A DNA stretch of 64,000 bases from a virus (IMGVR_UViG_3300006139_000005:26050-90049), one strand, 5' to 3'. Numbered from the stretch's first letter, positions 55,001 through 64,000 are shown. The notes: generated by a model not told the origin, from the letters alone. Numbers and translations are program-made.

Positions 55001-55577
55001 ACTTGTCAAAATTGACTATTTCATTGAGTACGGCAACGCAAAAGAGTTACTTCGCATGGTAGAAATGTTCTCTTTCTTCAAGAACGGAACCATGAAGAAA
55101 ATATCCAAAGAAAAGTTGACTCCACAAGTTGAAGCAATCGTGTCACAGTACGCTACCAACATTGCCAAAAATGGTGCAACAGCTAAAAGTTACACATTTA
55201 CGGATATGCCAGGACTTCTTCGGCATATGGAGCAAGTAGTCAGAGATATGCACATCCAAGATTTTGACTTGAAAAGCAAAATGCAGGATCAACTTGAAAA
55301 TTTGGGTTACATTGATTTGACAACCGACAAGAAAGAAGATCGGCGCAAACTTGTTATTATGGATGTTTTTCCACTAAAGAGTAAAGCAAACAAGGAAGTT
55401 TGGGGGTATGCTCTTCAGACCAGATCTATTGGCAGCGGAAAGACTTCCAGACTGACAGTTCGCAGTCGGATCTTTGACAAAAAGCCACTTAAACGCTTCG
55501 ATGTAATTTATGCCTCTGATGTGAGACAGGAGCGCACTGGCTACTGGTATTTGATTGGTTATGACTACGTGGTGTAG
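52017..55577 (+). CDS. dnaE: DNA polymerase III alpha subunit (DnaE-type)
   Basis: N-terminal PHP domain YHLHTELSLLDS...AFTEHGN; 1186 aa. Confidence 0.85.
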   Translation: MSDKNYTVYHLHTELSLLDSATKFSDYIARAVELGQSAIAFTEHGNIYQWIEKKMACDKAGLKYLHGCEVYLTEALLVPPDKKEIQRQVMEEAAQRDREQKALAERLLAEMERANYQEEPDLGSITQDDAQCEPDDYAERRFTELMEAGMHKVRDNYHTILIAKNYAGLQEMNELISRSTRDDHFYYKPRISFDEFLGLSDNVIKISACLASPLNKMSIRHPMYERILKHYDYLEIQPHDHPEQIAYNRHLVDMSQRYRIPLIAGTDTHSLNKYKAECRSIMQLSKHIEFADEDSFDLTYKSYEELVAMFAKQNAIPEIIYLEAIENTNRMAASVESFELDTSFKYPPLYGDRDREVLHKVLDNNLQSKIADGAITPEQVEPFKEAIAEECRVFDKIDMSGFMLFMSELVTWCKENGIPIGFNRGSCGGSRVAYVSNTTDLNPETWHTVFSRFCNEDRKEIGDIDIDVSPSQRDLVYDYIINRFGQERTAFILAIGTIKSKGCIDEICRALGVKWNKEHQHDEKGFRKALEMLKNENITIRFGDARDGFSAYCFDEAGNLMLPSRMKDVPRAELVKQFTKEYSKLKEENEKIFAKNPWVGKISATIKKEFEADEDAARKKYPDVFYYYDGLLDVAISQSMHPAGIVASPITLRDNYGTFISDGKEILQIDMECVHDVSLVKYDILGLKNIEIVKDAYELMGKPYPKSHEINWNDEAVWKDMLRSPVGIFQFEGDFAFQMLKQYEPHSIFDMSLITAALRPSGASYRDDLMQHKPHKNPSALIDELLKDNNGYLIYQEDVIKFLQQICGFSGSDADNTRRTIARKKPEDLEKILPDILNGYCEKSPQPREIAEQEAKEFLQIISDASSYMFGYNHSVGYCMIGYLCAYLRYYHPYEFITAYLNNANGEEDVKNGNELATLYGIKIVPPRFGFSKDKYLLNKEEKVIAKGISSVKYMNADVANELYELAEAGKPKSFMELLQLMNERTHLDTRQRDILVKIDYFIEYGNAKELLRMVEMFSFFKNGTMKKISKEKLTPQVEAIVSQYATNIAKNGATAKSYTFTDMPGLLRHMEQVVRDMHIQDFDLKSKMQDQLENLGYIDLTTDKKEDRRKLVIMDVFPLKSKANKEVWGYALQTRSIGSGKTSRLTVRSRIFDKKPLKRFDVIYASDVRQERTGYWYLIGYDYVV

Positions 55578-55622
55578 TCTAACTTTTCATAAAACAACGA
55601 ATAAAATCAAGGAGGAGCATCA

Positions 55623-56252
55623 ATGAAGATTATCAAAGCGGGGTTTCATGTACTTTCACAAGTTAATGGTACGGAAATCTTGAAATCAATCGAGGAAGCT
55701 GGACGGGTCTGTTACAAGTCTGAGGACAAGATCACAGACGGGAGTGCAGAGAAATTTGTTGCCAATATCATCAAGCGTGGGCATGAAGCTGTTTTGGAAC
55801 ACGAGAAAATCACAGTGAAGTTTATTGTGGATCGCGGCGTTAGCCATGAGATTGTTCGACACCGCATCGCGGCGTACTGCCAAGAGAGCACACGCTATTG
55901 TAACTACTCCATGGGTAAGTTTGGCGAGGAGATCGCTGTAATCGAGCCGTGCTTCTGGGATGAAAATTCGGAGGAGTACCAGTTGTGGTTCAAATGTATG
56001 AAGTATTCGGAAGAAATGTATCTGCAACTTATTCATGCAGGAGCAAAACCGCAGGAAGCTCGCTCTGTTCTCCCTAACAGCCTCAAAACTGAGGTAGTTA
56101 TGACGGCCAACCTTCGTGAGTGGCGGCACTTCTTTAAGCTCAGAACTTCACCGGCGGCTCACCCCCAGATGCGTGAGGTTGCGATCCCACTTCTCAAAGA
56201 GTTCCAAATGCTGATTCCTGTGGTCTTTGACGACATTGAGGTGATCGTATGA
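55623..56252 (+). CDS. thyX: flavin-dependent thymidylate synthase
   Basis: ThyX signature RHRIAAYCQESTRY. Confidence 0.85.
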   Translation: MKIIKAGFHVLSQVNGTEILKSIEEAGRVCYKSEDKITDGSAEKFVANIIKRGHEAVLEHEKITVKFIVDRGVSHEIVRHRIAAYCQESTRYCNYSMGKFGEEIAVIEPCFWDENSEEYQLWFKCMKYSEEMYLQLIHAGAKPQEARSVLPNSLKTEVVMTANLREWRHFFKLRTSPAAHPQMREVAIPLLKEFQMLIPVVFDDIEVIV

Positions 56253-56791
56253 AAGTGATCTGCATTTCTGGTAAAGCACAAAATGGCAAAGACACCACAG
56301 CAAAGATTCTGGAAGAGCAGCTGACAGCCGACGGCAATAAAGTTCTGATTGCGCATTTTGGCGATTTGGTCAAGTACGTTTGCAAGACTTTCTTTGGCTG
56401 GGACGGCAAGAAAGATGAAAGGGGACGGACGATTCTTCAGTATGTTGGAACCGACAAGATTCGCGCTAAGTCTCCTGATTACTGGGTCAACTTTATTGTC
56501 AGCATCCTGGACATCTTCTGTGACACATGGGACTATGTACTTTTGCCAGACTGCCGTTTTCCAAACGAGTATGAAATTTTTGAACACCATAACATGGATG
56601 CTATTCTGCTGCGGGTGATTCGTCCTAACTTTACTTCTCCCCTAACGGCAGAACAACAGAAACATCCGTCTGAAACCGCACTGGATGACTACCCATACGA
56701 CGCCACTATTATCAATGGTGGTACTCTGGAAGACCTTAAAGATGCTGTTGAGAAATTTGTGAGCACTACTATCAAAGGAGAAAACACATGA
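56249..56791 (+). CDS. deoxynucleoside monophosphate kinase
   Basis: MKVICISGKAQNGKDTTA P-loop resembling T4 gp1 dNMP kinase. Confidence 0.6.
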   Translation: MKVICISGKAQNGKDTTAKILEEQLTADGNKVLIAHFGDLVKYVCKTFFGWDGKKDERGRTILQYVGTDKIRAKSPDYWVNFIVSILDIFCDTWDYVLLPDCRFPNEYEIFEHHNMDAILLRVIRPNFTSPLTAEQQKHPSETALDDYPYDATIINGGTLEDLKDAVEKFVSTTIKGENT

Positions 56792-57363
56792 AGCCGCTGA
56801 CGATTTTATTCGATGCCGATGATGTGGCTGAGAACCTGTTGAATTGCTGGATAAAGTTTATCAATGAGCGTTACGGTACAACAGTTGCATTTGAGGATAT
56901 CAAAGACTGGGATATGACTTTGGCATTTCCAACATTGACAAAGCAACAGATTTTTGGGGTTCTCCACGATGATGAGTTGTGGAAAAGCCTTGAACCAATG
57001 CCAGGGAGTCAGCGAGTGCTCCAGAAATGGTTTGACCAAGGCCACCAGCTGTATATGGTCACAGCTTCGGACTACCGCACTTGCAAGGTAAAGGTTGAGC
57101 GGATTCTGGAAATGTTTCCTTTCCTTGACTGGGAGCACATTATCTTTGCCAGCAATAAGCAAATGATTCGTGGCGATATCCTGATTGACGATGGGATTCA
57201 CAATCTTCTCAATGGCGAATACTTCAAGATTTTGTTTAACCGCCCCCACAATAGAGGTTTAGATGTTGAGAAGTATGGGGTTCAACGCGCCGATACTTGG
57301 GACGATGTTGATTCCATGGTTCAAGAGTTTGCAGAAAGAGAGGATCTGAATGGTTGTAATTAA
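56788..57363 (+). CDS. HAD-family 5'(3')-deoxyribonucleotidase-like protein
   Basis: ILFDADDVAEN DxDxV motif at the N-terminus. Confidence 0.5.
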   Translation: MKPLTILFDADDVAENLLNCWIKFINERYGTTVAFEDIKDWDMTLAFPTLTKQQIFGVLHDDELWKSLEPMPGSQRVLQKWFDQGHQLYMVTASDYRTCKVKVERILEMFPFLDWEHIIFASNKQMIRGDILIDDGIHNLLNGEYFKILFNRPHNRGLDVEKYGVQRADTWDDVDSMVQEFAEREDLNGCN

Positions 57364-59662
57364 GCGAAACGGTACAGAGGTCAGCTTTGACAAGAGTAAG
57401 ATTACAAACGCCATCGTTAAAGCGTTTACAGAAGTTGAAAAGCTCAGTTCCGTAGGTGATAAAAACGAGATTTCCAAGAGAATTTCTAATCGTTTGTATA
57501 GCCGTTATCAGCGGCGCAATCGTGCAATTTCGGTTGAGGAAATCCAAGACGATGTTGAAATTGAACTGATGAAAGAGCACGAGTACATCGTCGCGGTAGC
57601 GTATATCAAGTATCGGTATGAACATGAACTTTTGCGCAATGCCACCTCTCTTTACAACAAAATTCTCTCTATTGCGGACGGCACAAATGAAACAGTTATT
57701 CAGGAAAACTCAAATAAAAATCCCATGATTCTTTCGACACAACGGGATTATATTGCTGGTGAGGTAAGCCGTGATGTAACAGATTGTTTGCTTCTGCCAG
57801 AGAAAATTACTAAAGCGCACGAAGAGGGCATTCTGCATTTCCATGACAGTGATTATTTTGTGCAGCATATGCACAACTGCTGTCTTGTCAATCTCGAAGA
57901 TATGCTCCAAAACAACACCGTAATTAGTGGAACGCTTATTGAAAAGCCCCATTCTTTTAGCACGGCTTGCACTATTGCTACCCAGATTATTGCACAAGTT
58001 GCCTCTAACCAATATGGAGGGCAGTCCATCTCTTTAGCACACCTTGCTCCGTTTGTCGAAGTGAGCCGTCAAGCAATCCGAGAAGAGGTCATACAAGAAC
58101 TCAACGATGGTATCAAAGCTGGTGAAATTTCTTTGACGGTTGGTTCAAGTAGTTATAACCAATATGTTGAACGTACTACTGAACGGCGAGTTCGTAAAGA
58201 TATTGAAAAGGGCGTACAAACAATTCAATATCAAGTGATTACACTAATGACCACGAACGGTCAGGCCCCATTCATTACTGTGTTCATGTATTTGGGAGAA
58301 ACAAACGATCCGCAGACAAAGAAAGATCTTGCTTTGGTTATTGAAGAGACTGTGCGGCAGCGTTACCAGGGAGTAAAAAACGAAAAAGGTGTATGGGTCA
58401 CACCAGCGTTCCCAAAACTTATCTATGTGCTGGAGGAAGACAATATTACCGAAGATTCTCCATACTGGTATCTGACGGAATTGTGCGCTGAGTGCTCTGC
58501 AAAACGGCTTGTCCCTGACTATATTTCTGAGAAAAAGATGCGTGAATACAAACTGTCTAAGGGCGAAGTTGATGGTAGCGGTGACTGTTATACCTGCATG
58601 GGATGTCGTAGTTTCTTGACCCCTGACCGTTCTGGTAATGGCTGGGATAACATTGCAAACGCAAAAAACTATCAGTCAGACAGACCCAAATATTATGGGC
58701 GATTTAACCAGGGCGTTGTGACTATCAATTTACCTGACGTTGCGTTGAGTGCGCTTCATACCTGGCAGGTCTGCGAGGATCACGACGATATCCAAGCACT
58801 GTTTGATACTTTCTGGGAAATTTTTGAGGAACGCTTGGAGTTGTGCCACGAGGCATTGCAAATTCGGCATGAGCGACTTTCAGGCACAGTTTCTGACGCT
58901 TCCCCTATTCACTGGCAGTACGGTGCTTTGGCCCGTTTGCAGAAAGGTGAAACAATCGACAAGCTACTACACGGTGGATACTCCACAATTTCGCTTGGGT
59001 ATGCTGGTCTTTATGAATGCGTAAAGGCAATGACTGGCAAGAGCCATACTGATCCTGATGGTGAGCCGTTTGCACTCAAAGTCATGCAGTATATGAACGA
59101 TAAGTGCGCACAGTGGAAAGCAGCTGAGGACATTGACTACTCTCTTTACGGAACGCCCATCGAGTCCACTACGTACAAATTTGCCAAGTGTTTGCAAAAG
59201 CGTTTCGGCGTGATTGAGGGGATCACAGATAAGGGATATATCACAAACTCCTATCATGTCCATGTTACAGAGCATATCAACGCTTTTGATAAGTTGAAAT
59301 TTGAGTCTCAGTTTCAGAGACTGTCCCCTGGCGGTGCAATCAGCTATATCGAAGTTGCGAATCTCTCCGACAATATCCCTGCCGTGCTGTCAGTGCTGAA
59401 GTACATCTACAACAACATTATGTATGCTGAAATCAACACAAAGTCCGATTACTGCCAGGTGTGCGGCTGGGATAAGGAAATCGAAGTTGTTGATGACGGA
59501 CGTGGAAAGTTGATCTGGAAATGTCCAAATTGCGGAAACACTGACAAGAACAAGATGAACATTGCTCGCCGCACTTGTGGTTACATCGGTCTGAATGACT
59601 GGAACCAAGGCCGGACACAGGAAATTGTGGAGCGGTTTGTCCATCTTGGTGGAGACGAATGA
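57350..59662 (+). CDS. nrdD: anaerobic ribonucleoside-triphosphate reductase (class III)
   Basis: N-terminal ATP-cone; glycyl-radical motif RRTCGYIG; zinc ribbon CQVCG...CPNCG. Confidence 0.9.
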   Translation: MVVIKRNGTEVSFDKSKITNAIVKAFTEVEKLSSVGDKNEISKRISNRLYSRYQRRNRAISVEEIQDDVEIELMKEHEYIVAVAYIKYRYEHELLRNATSLYNKILSIADGTNETVIQENSNKNPMILSTQRDYIAGEVSRDVTDCLLLPEKITKAHEEGILHFHDSDYFVQHMHNCCLVNLEDMLQNNTVISGTLIEKPHSFSTACTIATQIIAQVASNQYGGQSISLAHLAPFVEVSRQAIREEVIQELNDGIKAGEISLTVGSSSYNQYVERTTERRVRKDIEKGVQTIQYQVITLMTTNGQAPFITVFMYLGETNDPQTKKDLALVIEETVRQRYQGVKNEKGVWVTPAFPKLIYVLEEDNITEDSPYWYLTELCAECSAKRLVPDYISEKKMREYKLSKGEVDGSGDCYTCMGCRSFLTPDRSGNGWDNIANAKNYQSDRPKYYGRFNQGVVTINLPDVALSALHTWQVCEDHDDIQALFDTFWEIFEERLELCHEALQIRHERLSGTVSDASPIHWQYGALARLQKGETIDKLLHGGYSTISLGYAGLYECVKAMTGKSHTDPDGEPFALKVMQYMNDKCAQWKAAEDIDYSLYGTPIESTTYKFAKCLQKRFGVIEGITDKGYITNSYHVHVTEHINAFDKLKFESQFQRLSPGGAISYIEVANLSDNIPAVLSVLKYIYNNIMYAEINTKSDYCQVCGWDKEIEVVDDGRGKLIWKCPNCGNTDKNKMNIARRTCGYIGLNDWNQGRTQEIVERFVHLGGDE

Positions 59663-60183
59663 ACTACGCCGCTATCCGCAACTATGACATCGCAAACGGA
59701 GAGGGAGTCCGCACCTCCCTCTTCGTGAGTGGGTGTAATTTACACTGTCCTGGGTGTTTTAATCCAGAAGCTCAAGACTTTGAATATGGAGAACATTTTA
59801 CTGACGAAACGGTTGAGAAAATCATTGCCATGGTGTCAGAGCCTACCATATCTGGTCTGTCGATACTCGGCGGAGATCCACTGTGCCAGAATGCTGACGG
59901 TATGATGGCGTTGGCGTCACTCTGCCGCCGCATACGAGACAGAGGGAAGACCACATGGTTGTGGACGGGATTTCTATGGGAAGACGTATTTGCTTTGCCG
60001 TGTAGAGATATACAGCACCAGAACCAAAAGTTCCTATTGGCTGACTGCGATGTGGTCGTGGACGGCCCATTCAAACAAGAACTTGCAGACCGCAAATTGG
60101 TTTGGCGAGGCTCGGCCAATCAACGCATCATTGATGTTCAAAAGACTATCTTTAACAATCAAATTACACTGTATAAGGAGTGA
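59659..60183 (+). CDS. nrdG: anaerobic RNR activating protein (radical SAM)
   Basis: CNLHCPGCFN CxxxCxxC cluster; translationally coupled to nrdD. Confidence 0.85.
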   Translation: MNYAAIRNYDIANGEGVRTSLFVSGCNLHCPGCFNPEAQDFEYGEHFTDETVEKIIAMVSEPTISGLSILGGDPLCQNADGMMALASLCRRIRDRGKTTWLWTGFLWEDVFALPCRDIQHQNQKFLLADCDVVVDGPFKQELADRKLVWRGSANQRIIDVQKTIFNNQITLYKE

Positions 60184-60189
60184 GAGAAT

Positions 60190-60513
60190 ATGGACGGAAC
60201 CTGGCAAAACATTTGCCCTAAATGTGGGAAAGTTCTTGATGGCACCACATTTGACTATGGGACTAAGTGGGTATGCAGCGAGTGTGCAGAGGATCAGACC
60301 GATGTGCTGCACTGTGAGCGTGGGTCTAAGGTTAGAGTGGTGGATTTGGATGCTGGTATGAAAAGTGATTCTGAACAGGCAAAGAGGCTTTTAACAACGG
60401 GTCAGATTTATGAGGTCGAAGCGCTTAGTGTTGGTAGCTGGTACTCCAGCATCTGGCTTAAAGAGTTCCCAGGTCAGAAATTCAATACTGTGCATTTTGT
60501 ACGGTGTGAATAG
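60190..60513 (+). CDS. zinc-ribbon hypothetical protein
   Basis: CPKCG...CSECA. Confidence 0.5.
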   Translation: MDGTWQNICPKCGKVLDGTTFDYGTKWVCSECAEDQTDVLHCERGSKVRVVDLDAGMKSDSEQAKRLLTTGQIYEVEALSVGSWYSSIWLKEFPGQKFNTVHFVRCE

Positions 60514-60527
60514 GAGAAAAAATAGAA

Positions 60528-61055
60528 ATGGTTGAAATTTTAGCTGGCGATAAATTTGCAAACGCCGTGTATAGTCTTAAATTAGCATCTGCAAAATGCG
60601 TTTATTACTACCAGCCCCCAAAAGATAGTCAACGTGAAAATTACCAAGTCTGGTTGTTGTCTGAGGATGATTTTGACAAAATATGCTCCGTAAAAGACGA
60701 TTATTGGAAAGAAGATTGGGGTTGGTGGAGATATGCCAAAGGATCGAATCTTGGTTATGCGGATCAAGAGTATGTTGTCAATAATGAAAAACTGATTGCT
60801 TGGGATGGTAGCAATCGTTCATCGTGGCTTGAGGAGTGTAAAGAAAACTGTTCTGACCACAAGCGTGGATTATGCGATGGAGCAGAAAAAGATTTTGAAC
60901 AATGTTTTGGTAGCCGGGTATATCCAGACATTATTTCTTATCTTCTCAGCGAGATTGGAGCATCTACAGAGAAAAATGTATGCGCTTGCACAGTTGATCT
61001 TGCTCGTCAAAACAATCTAACATTAGCGGAGTTTTTCAAAAAATACCTGGGCTGA
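60528..61055 (+). CDS. hypothetical protein
   Basis: 175 aa. Confidence 0.5.
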   Translation: MVEILAGDKFANAVYSLKLASAKCVYYYQPPKDSQRENYQVWLLSEDDFDKICSVKDDYWKEDWGWWRYAKGSNLGYADQEYVVNNEKLIAWDGSNRSSWLEECKENCSDHKRGLCDGAEKDFEQCFGSRVYPDIISYLLSEIGASTEKNVCACTVDLARQNNLTLAEFFKKYLG

Positions 61056-61063
61056 GGTGAAAA

Positions 61064-61450
61064 ATGGCAAAGTATAAAATCGGGATTACCGAAGCGGGCG
61101 ACGCCGGCTTGGATTTGTCTTGGAAAGAAAGACTTGAATCTGTTGATGGTGCTATTTTGATTACAAAGTGCGTCTCTCCATCGTTTCTAAAAGCGGTTCT
61201 GGAACACAAAGAAAAAATCATTGTTCATGCTACATTTACAGGTTATGGACGTTCTGTGGTAGAGCCGTGTGTGCCACCTCCATATGAAGAGTTCGATGCG
61301 ATTTTGCAGTTGGTCAAGAATGGATTTCCAAGAGAACGCATTGTTATTCGGATTGATCCAATTATTCCAACTGTAAAAGGCACACGTACTGCTCTTGGGG
61401 TAATCGAAACATTTATGGATCAAGGGTTTCCCGTTACCGTATCAGCGTAA
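61064..61450 (+). CDS. hypothetical protein (possibly the N-terminal half of a split gene)
   Basis: 128 aa; next ORF starts 6 nt downstream in another frame. Confidence 0.4.
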   Translation: MAKYKIGITEAGDAGLDLSWKERLESVDGAILITKCVSPSFLKAVLEHKEKIIVHATFTGYGRSVVEPCVPPPYEEFDAILQLVKNGFPRERIVIRIDPIIPTVKGTRTALGVIETFMDQGFPVTVSA

Positions 61451-61455
61451 TTGAT

Positions 61456-61833
61456 ATGTACCCACACGTCAGAGAGCGATTCAAGCAGGCTGGCCTACCA
61501 CTGCCGTATGGTGACAATTTCTCTGCCAGTAAAGAGCAAATGGCAAGAGTTGATGAGATGGTGCGGATTGCAAAAGCATATTGGGAAGACCAATACAGAA
61601 ATATCCCGCTCCGCATTGAGGCGTGCGCAGAGCCAGGTTTGACAGAGCCAATTAAATGCGGGTGTGTCTCAGAGTATGATTTAATACTCCTTGGCATGGA
61701 GGACGATCATCCAGACAGTCCAGGATATCAGCGAAAAGGCTGTATGTGTTACTCTGGTAAGATAGAGCTTTTACAACATCGGCAACAGTGTCCACATGGA
61801 TGCCTATATTGCTATTGGAAGTCAAAATTTTAG
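61456..61833 (+). CDS. Cys-rich hypothetical protein (possibly the C-terminal half of a split gene)
   Basis: CGC...GCMCYSG...CPHGCLYCYW. Confidence 0.4.
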   Translation: MYPHVRERFKQAGLPLPYGDNFSASKEQMARVDEMVRIAKAYWEDQYRNIPLRIEACAEPGLTEPIKCGCVSEYDLILLGMEDDHPDSPGYQRKGCMCYSGKIELLQHRQQCPHGCLYCYWKSKF

Positions 61834-61847
61834 AAAGAAGGTGCCAT

Positions 61848-62030
61848 ATGATTCAGGTAGAGGGGTATAAAGCATTTCGTGGCACAATGCGGATCACGCC
61901 CAAGAATCGGCAATTTCCTCAGCAGGAGATTTACGGAGATTGGTTATACAAGCCAGAACACAACTGTTGGTACGGGCATGGGCAGAGCTTTATGGCTGAG
62001 ATTTGTGAAATCATCTCTGATGAAACGTGA
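61848..62030 (+). CDS. small hypothetical protein
   Basis: AGAAGGTG RBS; 60 aa. Confidence 0.4.
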   Translation: MIQVEGYKAFRGTMRITPKNRQFPQQEIYGDWLYKPEHNCWYGHGQSFMAEICEIISDET

Positions 62031-62039
62031 GGTGCTGAT

Positions 62040-62408
62040 ATGCGAACTGGTCTAAATGCTGGCGGTTGTGAGAACTGCCCAGTTAATAAGTCTGGCTGTG
62101 ATGCAATGTATCGTGGATCACGCTGTTTCGCATACAGAGAACGTGCTGGCGTTGACTTCGATCCAAAAACCAATATAGAGGCACTACGAAATGCAGAAGA
62201 AGACGAAGTGCGTTCTATACTGATGGACTACTTTTGTCAGTGGGCAAGCTGCGGTGACAGCTATATCTATGATTTGACACGGGTGAAAGAAGCATTCGCA
62301 ATCGGGACAATGAGCTTTGATGACTTTGTGGAGTGGGATGAATCAAGAATAGCAGAGCTTGTTGATGAATTTATCGCATGGCTGAAAGAACCAGCAGAAT
62401 CTAAATAA
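62040..62408 (+). CDS. hypothetical Cys-containing protein
   Basis: 122 aa. Confidence 0.5.
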   Translation: MRTGLNAGGCENCPVNKSGCDAMYRGSRCFAYRERAGVDFDPKTNIEALRNAEEDEVRSILMDYFCQWASCGDSYIYDLTRVKEAFAIGTMSFDDFVEWDESRIAELVDEFIAWLKEPAESK

Positions 62409-62424
62409 GCGAGGTAATACCAAA

Positions 62425-62910
62425 ATGCAAGACAAATTTATTGAAATTGAGCGTAAGTTTTTGCTTAACTCATTTCCAACCAATCTTCCTCTAAAAGAGG
62501 AGTTCCAGGTTTATCAAGCCTATCTGTCCATTGATCCAGAGGTCAGAATCCGGCGCAACGCAGTGAACGGTCAGGACGTGGCGTACTTCCTCGCTATTAA
62601 GTCCAACGGAGAGTTGGTTCGTCAAGAGGTTGAGTTCCATATTACTAAGGAGCATTTCTACGCTATGGCAGAGATGATTACACAGCCATTCATTACAAAG
62701 GATTTTCGCATCTATCAGCTTCCAGGCGGGCTGGAATTGGAATGTTCCCATGTCGATAAGGGGCGTGACACCGAGTTCATGTATGCGGAGGTCGAGTTTC
62801 CGAGCGTACAGGCCGCTGAGGATTTTGAATTGCTCCCGTGTTTCACGGCAGATGTCACTAAGGACTTTTCATATAAGATGAAAAATTTCTGGAAGAGAAC
62901 AAGAATTTAA
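62425..62910 (+). CDS. CYTH-domain (triphosphate tunnel metalloenzyme) protein
   Basis: N-terminal EIERKFLL signature. Confidence 0.75.
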   Translation: MQDKFIEIERKFLLNSFPTNLPLKEEFQVYQAYLSIDPEVRIRRNAVNGQDVAYFLAIKSNGELVRQEVEFHITKEHFYAMAEMITQPFITKDFRIYQLPGGLELECSHVDKGRDTEFMYAEVEFPSVQAAEDFELLPCFTADVTKDFSYKMKNFWKRTRI

Positions 62911-62923
62911 GGAGGTGCTTGAT

Positions 62924-63361
62924 ATGACTGAGACAATCAAGATTCGTTATTTGAGCGACAAAATTAAGCCTCTTCAGTATATTGGTGGCAAATCCGACTG
63001 GATTGACCTTCGGGCTGCTGAGGAAGTGGATATGAAGAAGGGCGACTTCAAGATGATTCCTTTGGGCGTTGCTATGCAGCTCCCAACTGGTTATGAGGCG
63101 CATATGATTCCTCGCAGTTCCACATTCAAAAACTTTGGTATCATCCAGGCCAACCATATGGGCATGATCGACGAGAGTTACTGCGGTGATAATGACCAAT
63201 GGCACTTCCCCGCCATTGCTATGCGTGACACTGTGATTCATGTTGGCGACCGCATCTGCCAGTTCCGCATTGATAAGCACCAACCTCAGCTGTCTTTTGA
63301 GGCTGTTGAAACACTGGGAAATGCTGATCGTGGTGGTTTCGGCACCACTGGAAAGAGGTAA
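62924..63361 (+). CDS. dut: dUTP diphosphatase (trimeric dUTPase)
   Basis: motifs [24 protein letters not shown]; AAGGAGGTG RBS. Confidence 0.85.
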   Translation: MTETIKIRYLSDKIKPLQYIGGKSDWIDLRAAEEVDMKKGDFKMIPLGVAMQLPTGYEAHMIPRSSTFKNFGIIQANHMGMIDESYCGDNDQWHFPAIAMRDTVIHVGDRICQFRIDKHQPQLSFEAVETLGNADRGGFGTTGKR

Positions 63362-63365
63362 GAAT

Positions 63366-63998
63366 ATGAAGATTGGTGTCTGGACTTCTGATTACGTACT
63401 TGCAAGAGAAACCATAGAACGGTTGGAAAAAACAGAACTTGGTGAAATCTACTATCGTTGCCTTGGGAGAGCCAATATGAAAGTTCAAGACAGACATGGC
63501 AATGTCATTCAATGGCTTAGACCATCTGATAACTCCAGGGGGTACAAACTCGACAAGGCGTATGTTGATGTCAAAGTCAACACTGATATCTTGTTTAACA
63601 TTATCTTGCCTTGTTTATGGCAGGGAGAATTTGAAGATGTCATATGGATCGCCGGCGATAGAACAACAGTATATGAATACCTCCATGCCCTTCCACAACC
63701 TCTCTTTGAGGCAACACTTCTTGGCCTTATGGGGCTTCCACTCGATACAGAAAAAGAAGAGTGGTTCCATAAATGGATGGAGCGTCCCTATAACGAGGTA
63801 TTTCCGACTTATAATTTGTCTGCTCTCAAAAGTAGTATTACTACACCGCTTAACCATATGACGATGTTGCTTGGAAAAACTGCCGAGACACTTCCGAAAG
63901 AAAAGCAAGAGCAGCTTGCACACGCTATGCGGGAATACTGCGAGGTCTGTGATTATATCAATCAAGGTCTTGCAAATCAACAAAAAAAGAGTGAATGA
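63366..63998 (+). CDS. hypothetical protein
   Basis: GAGGTAAG RBS; 210 aa. Confidence 0.5.
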   Translation: MKIGVWTSDYVLARETIERLEKTELGEIYYRCLGRANMKVQDRHGNVIQWLRPSDNSRGYKLDKAYVDVKVNTDILFNIILPCLWQGEFEDVIWIAGDRTTVYEYLHALPQPLFEATLLGLMGLPLDTEKEEWFHKWMERPYNEVFPTYNLSALKSSITTPLNHMTMLLGKTAETLPKEKQEQLAHAMREYCEVCDYINQGLANQQKKSE

Positions 63999-64000
63999 AA

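Overview
This 64-kb window reads as one large temperate phage or phage-like mobile element from a mid-GC Gram-positive anaerobe. The host guess rests on strong GGAGG Shine-Dalgarno sites, a class III anaerobic ribonucleotide reductase and a Firmicutes-type ImmA/XRE switch. The layout is: (i) 1-2.7 kb, a minus-strand block (partial P-loop NTPase, HNH endonuclease, HExxH protein) ending in a tyrosine integrase next to an inverted repeat. (ii) 3.0-3.6 kb, a GC-rich, G-tract/polypyrimidine non-coding repeat island. (iii) 3.8-28.5 kb, a plus-strand accessory region built from about 27 near-identical promoter-RBS modules (TGGTTAGCAAAT-N13-cTGTAATAAGAATAGGAGGTG, i.e. TTAGCA-N16-TGTAAT). Each drives 1-7 small ORFs and most are closed by a hairpin terminator. 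Cargo includes a MazF toxin pair, SprT-like, DUF932-like and SLOG-like proteins, several very acidic small proteins, sigma-region-4-like HTH proteins and a 1015-aa N6-MTase/SNF2-helicase fusion. (iv) 28.6-29.8 kb, an ImmA/XRE lysogeny switch with operator palindromes. (v) 31.3-32.8 kb, an SPFH (stomatin-like) module. (vi) 32.8-34.1 kb, an RNA-gene cluster: one canonical tRNA-Ser(GCU) plus at least three tRNA-shaped genes carrying ~45-nt inserts in the anticodon loop and a shared CTAACAGCAAG motif. (vii) 34.2-40.4 kb, an RNA-repair-like cassette (Ro60/TROVE-vWA-like protein, NifS-like cysteine desulfurase, Rnl-type RNA ligase, minimal nucleotidyltransferase, polynucleotide kinase-HD phosphoesterase). 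(viii) 40.9-46.1 kb, two PP-loop enzymes and a C5-cytosine methyltransferase interrupted at long G/C homopolymer tracts. (ix) 46.8-64 kb, replication and nucleotide metabolism (Erf, SSB, Cas4-like nuclease, primase-helicase, DnaE, ThyX, dNMP kinase, HAD nucleotidase, NrdD/NrdG, CYTH, dUTPase). The main candidates for novelty are the promoter-cassette array, the insert-bearing tRNA-like genes beside the RNA repair genes, and the homopolymer tracts in the modification genes.
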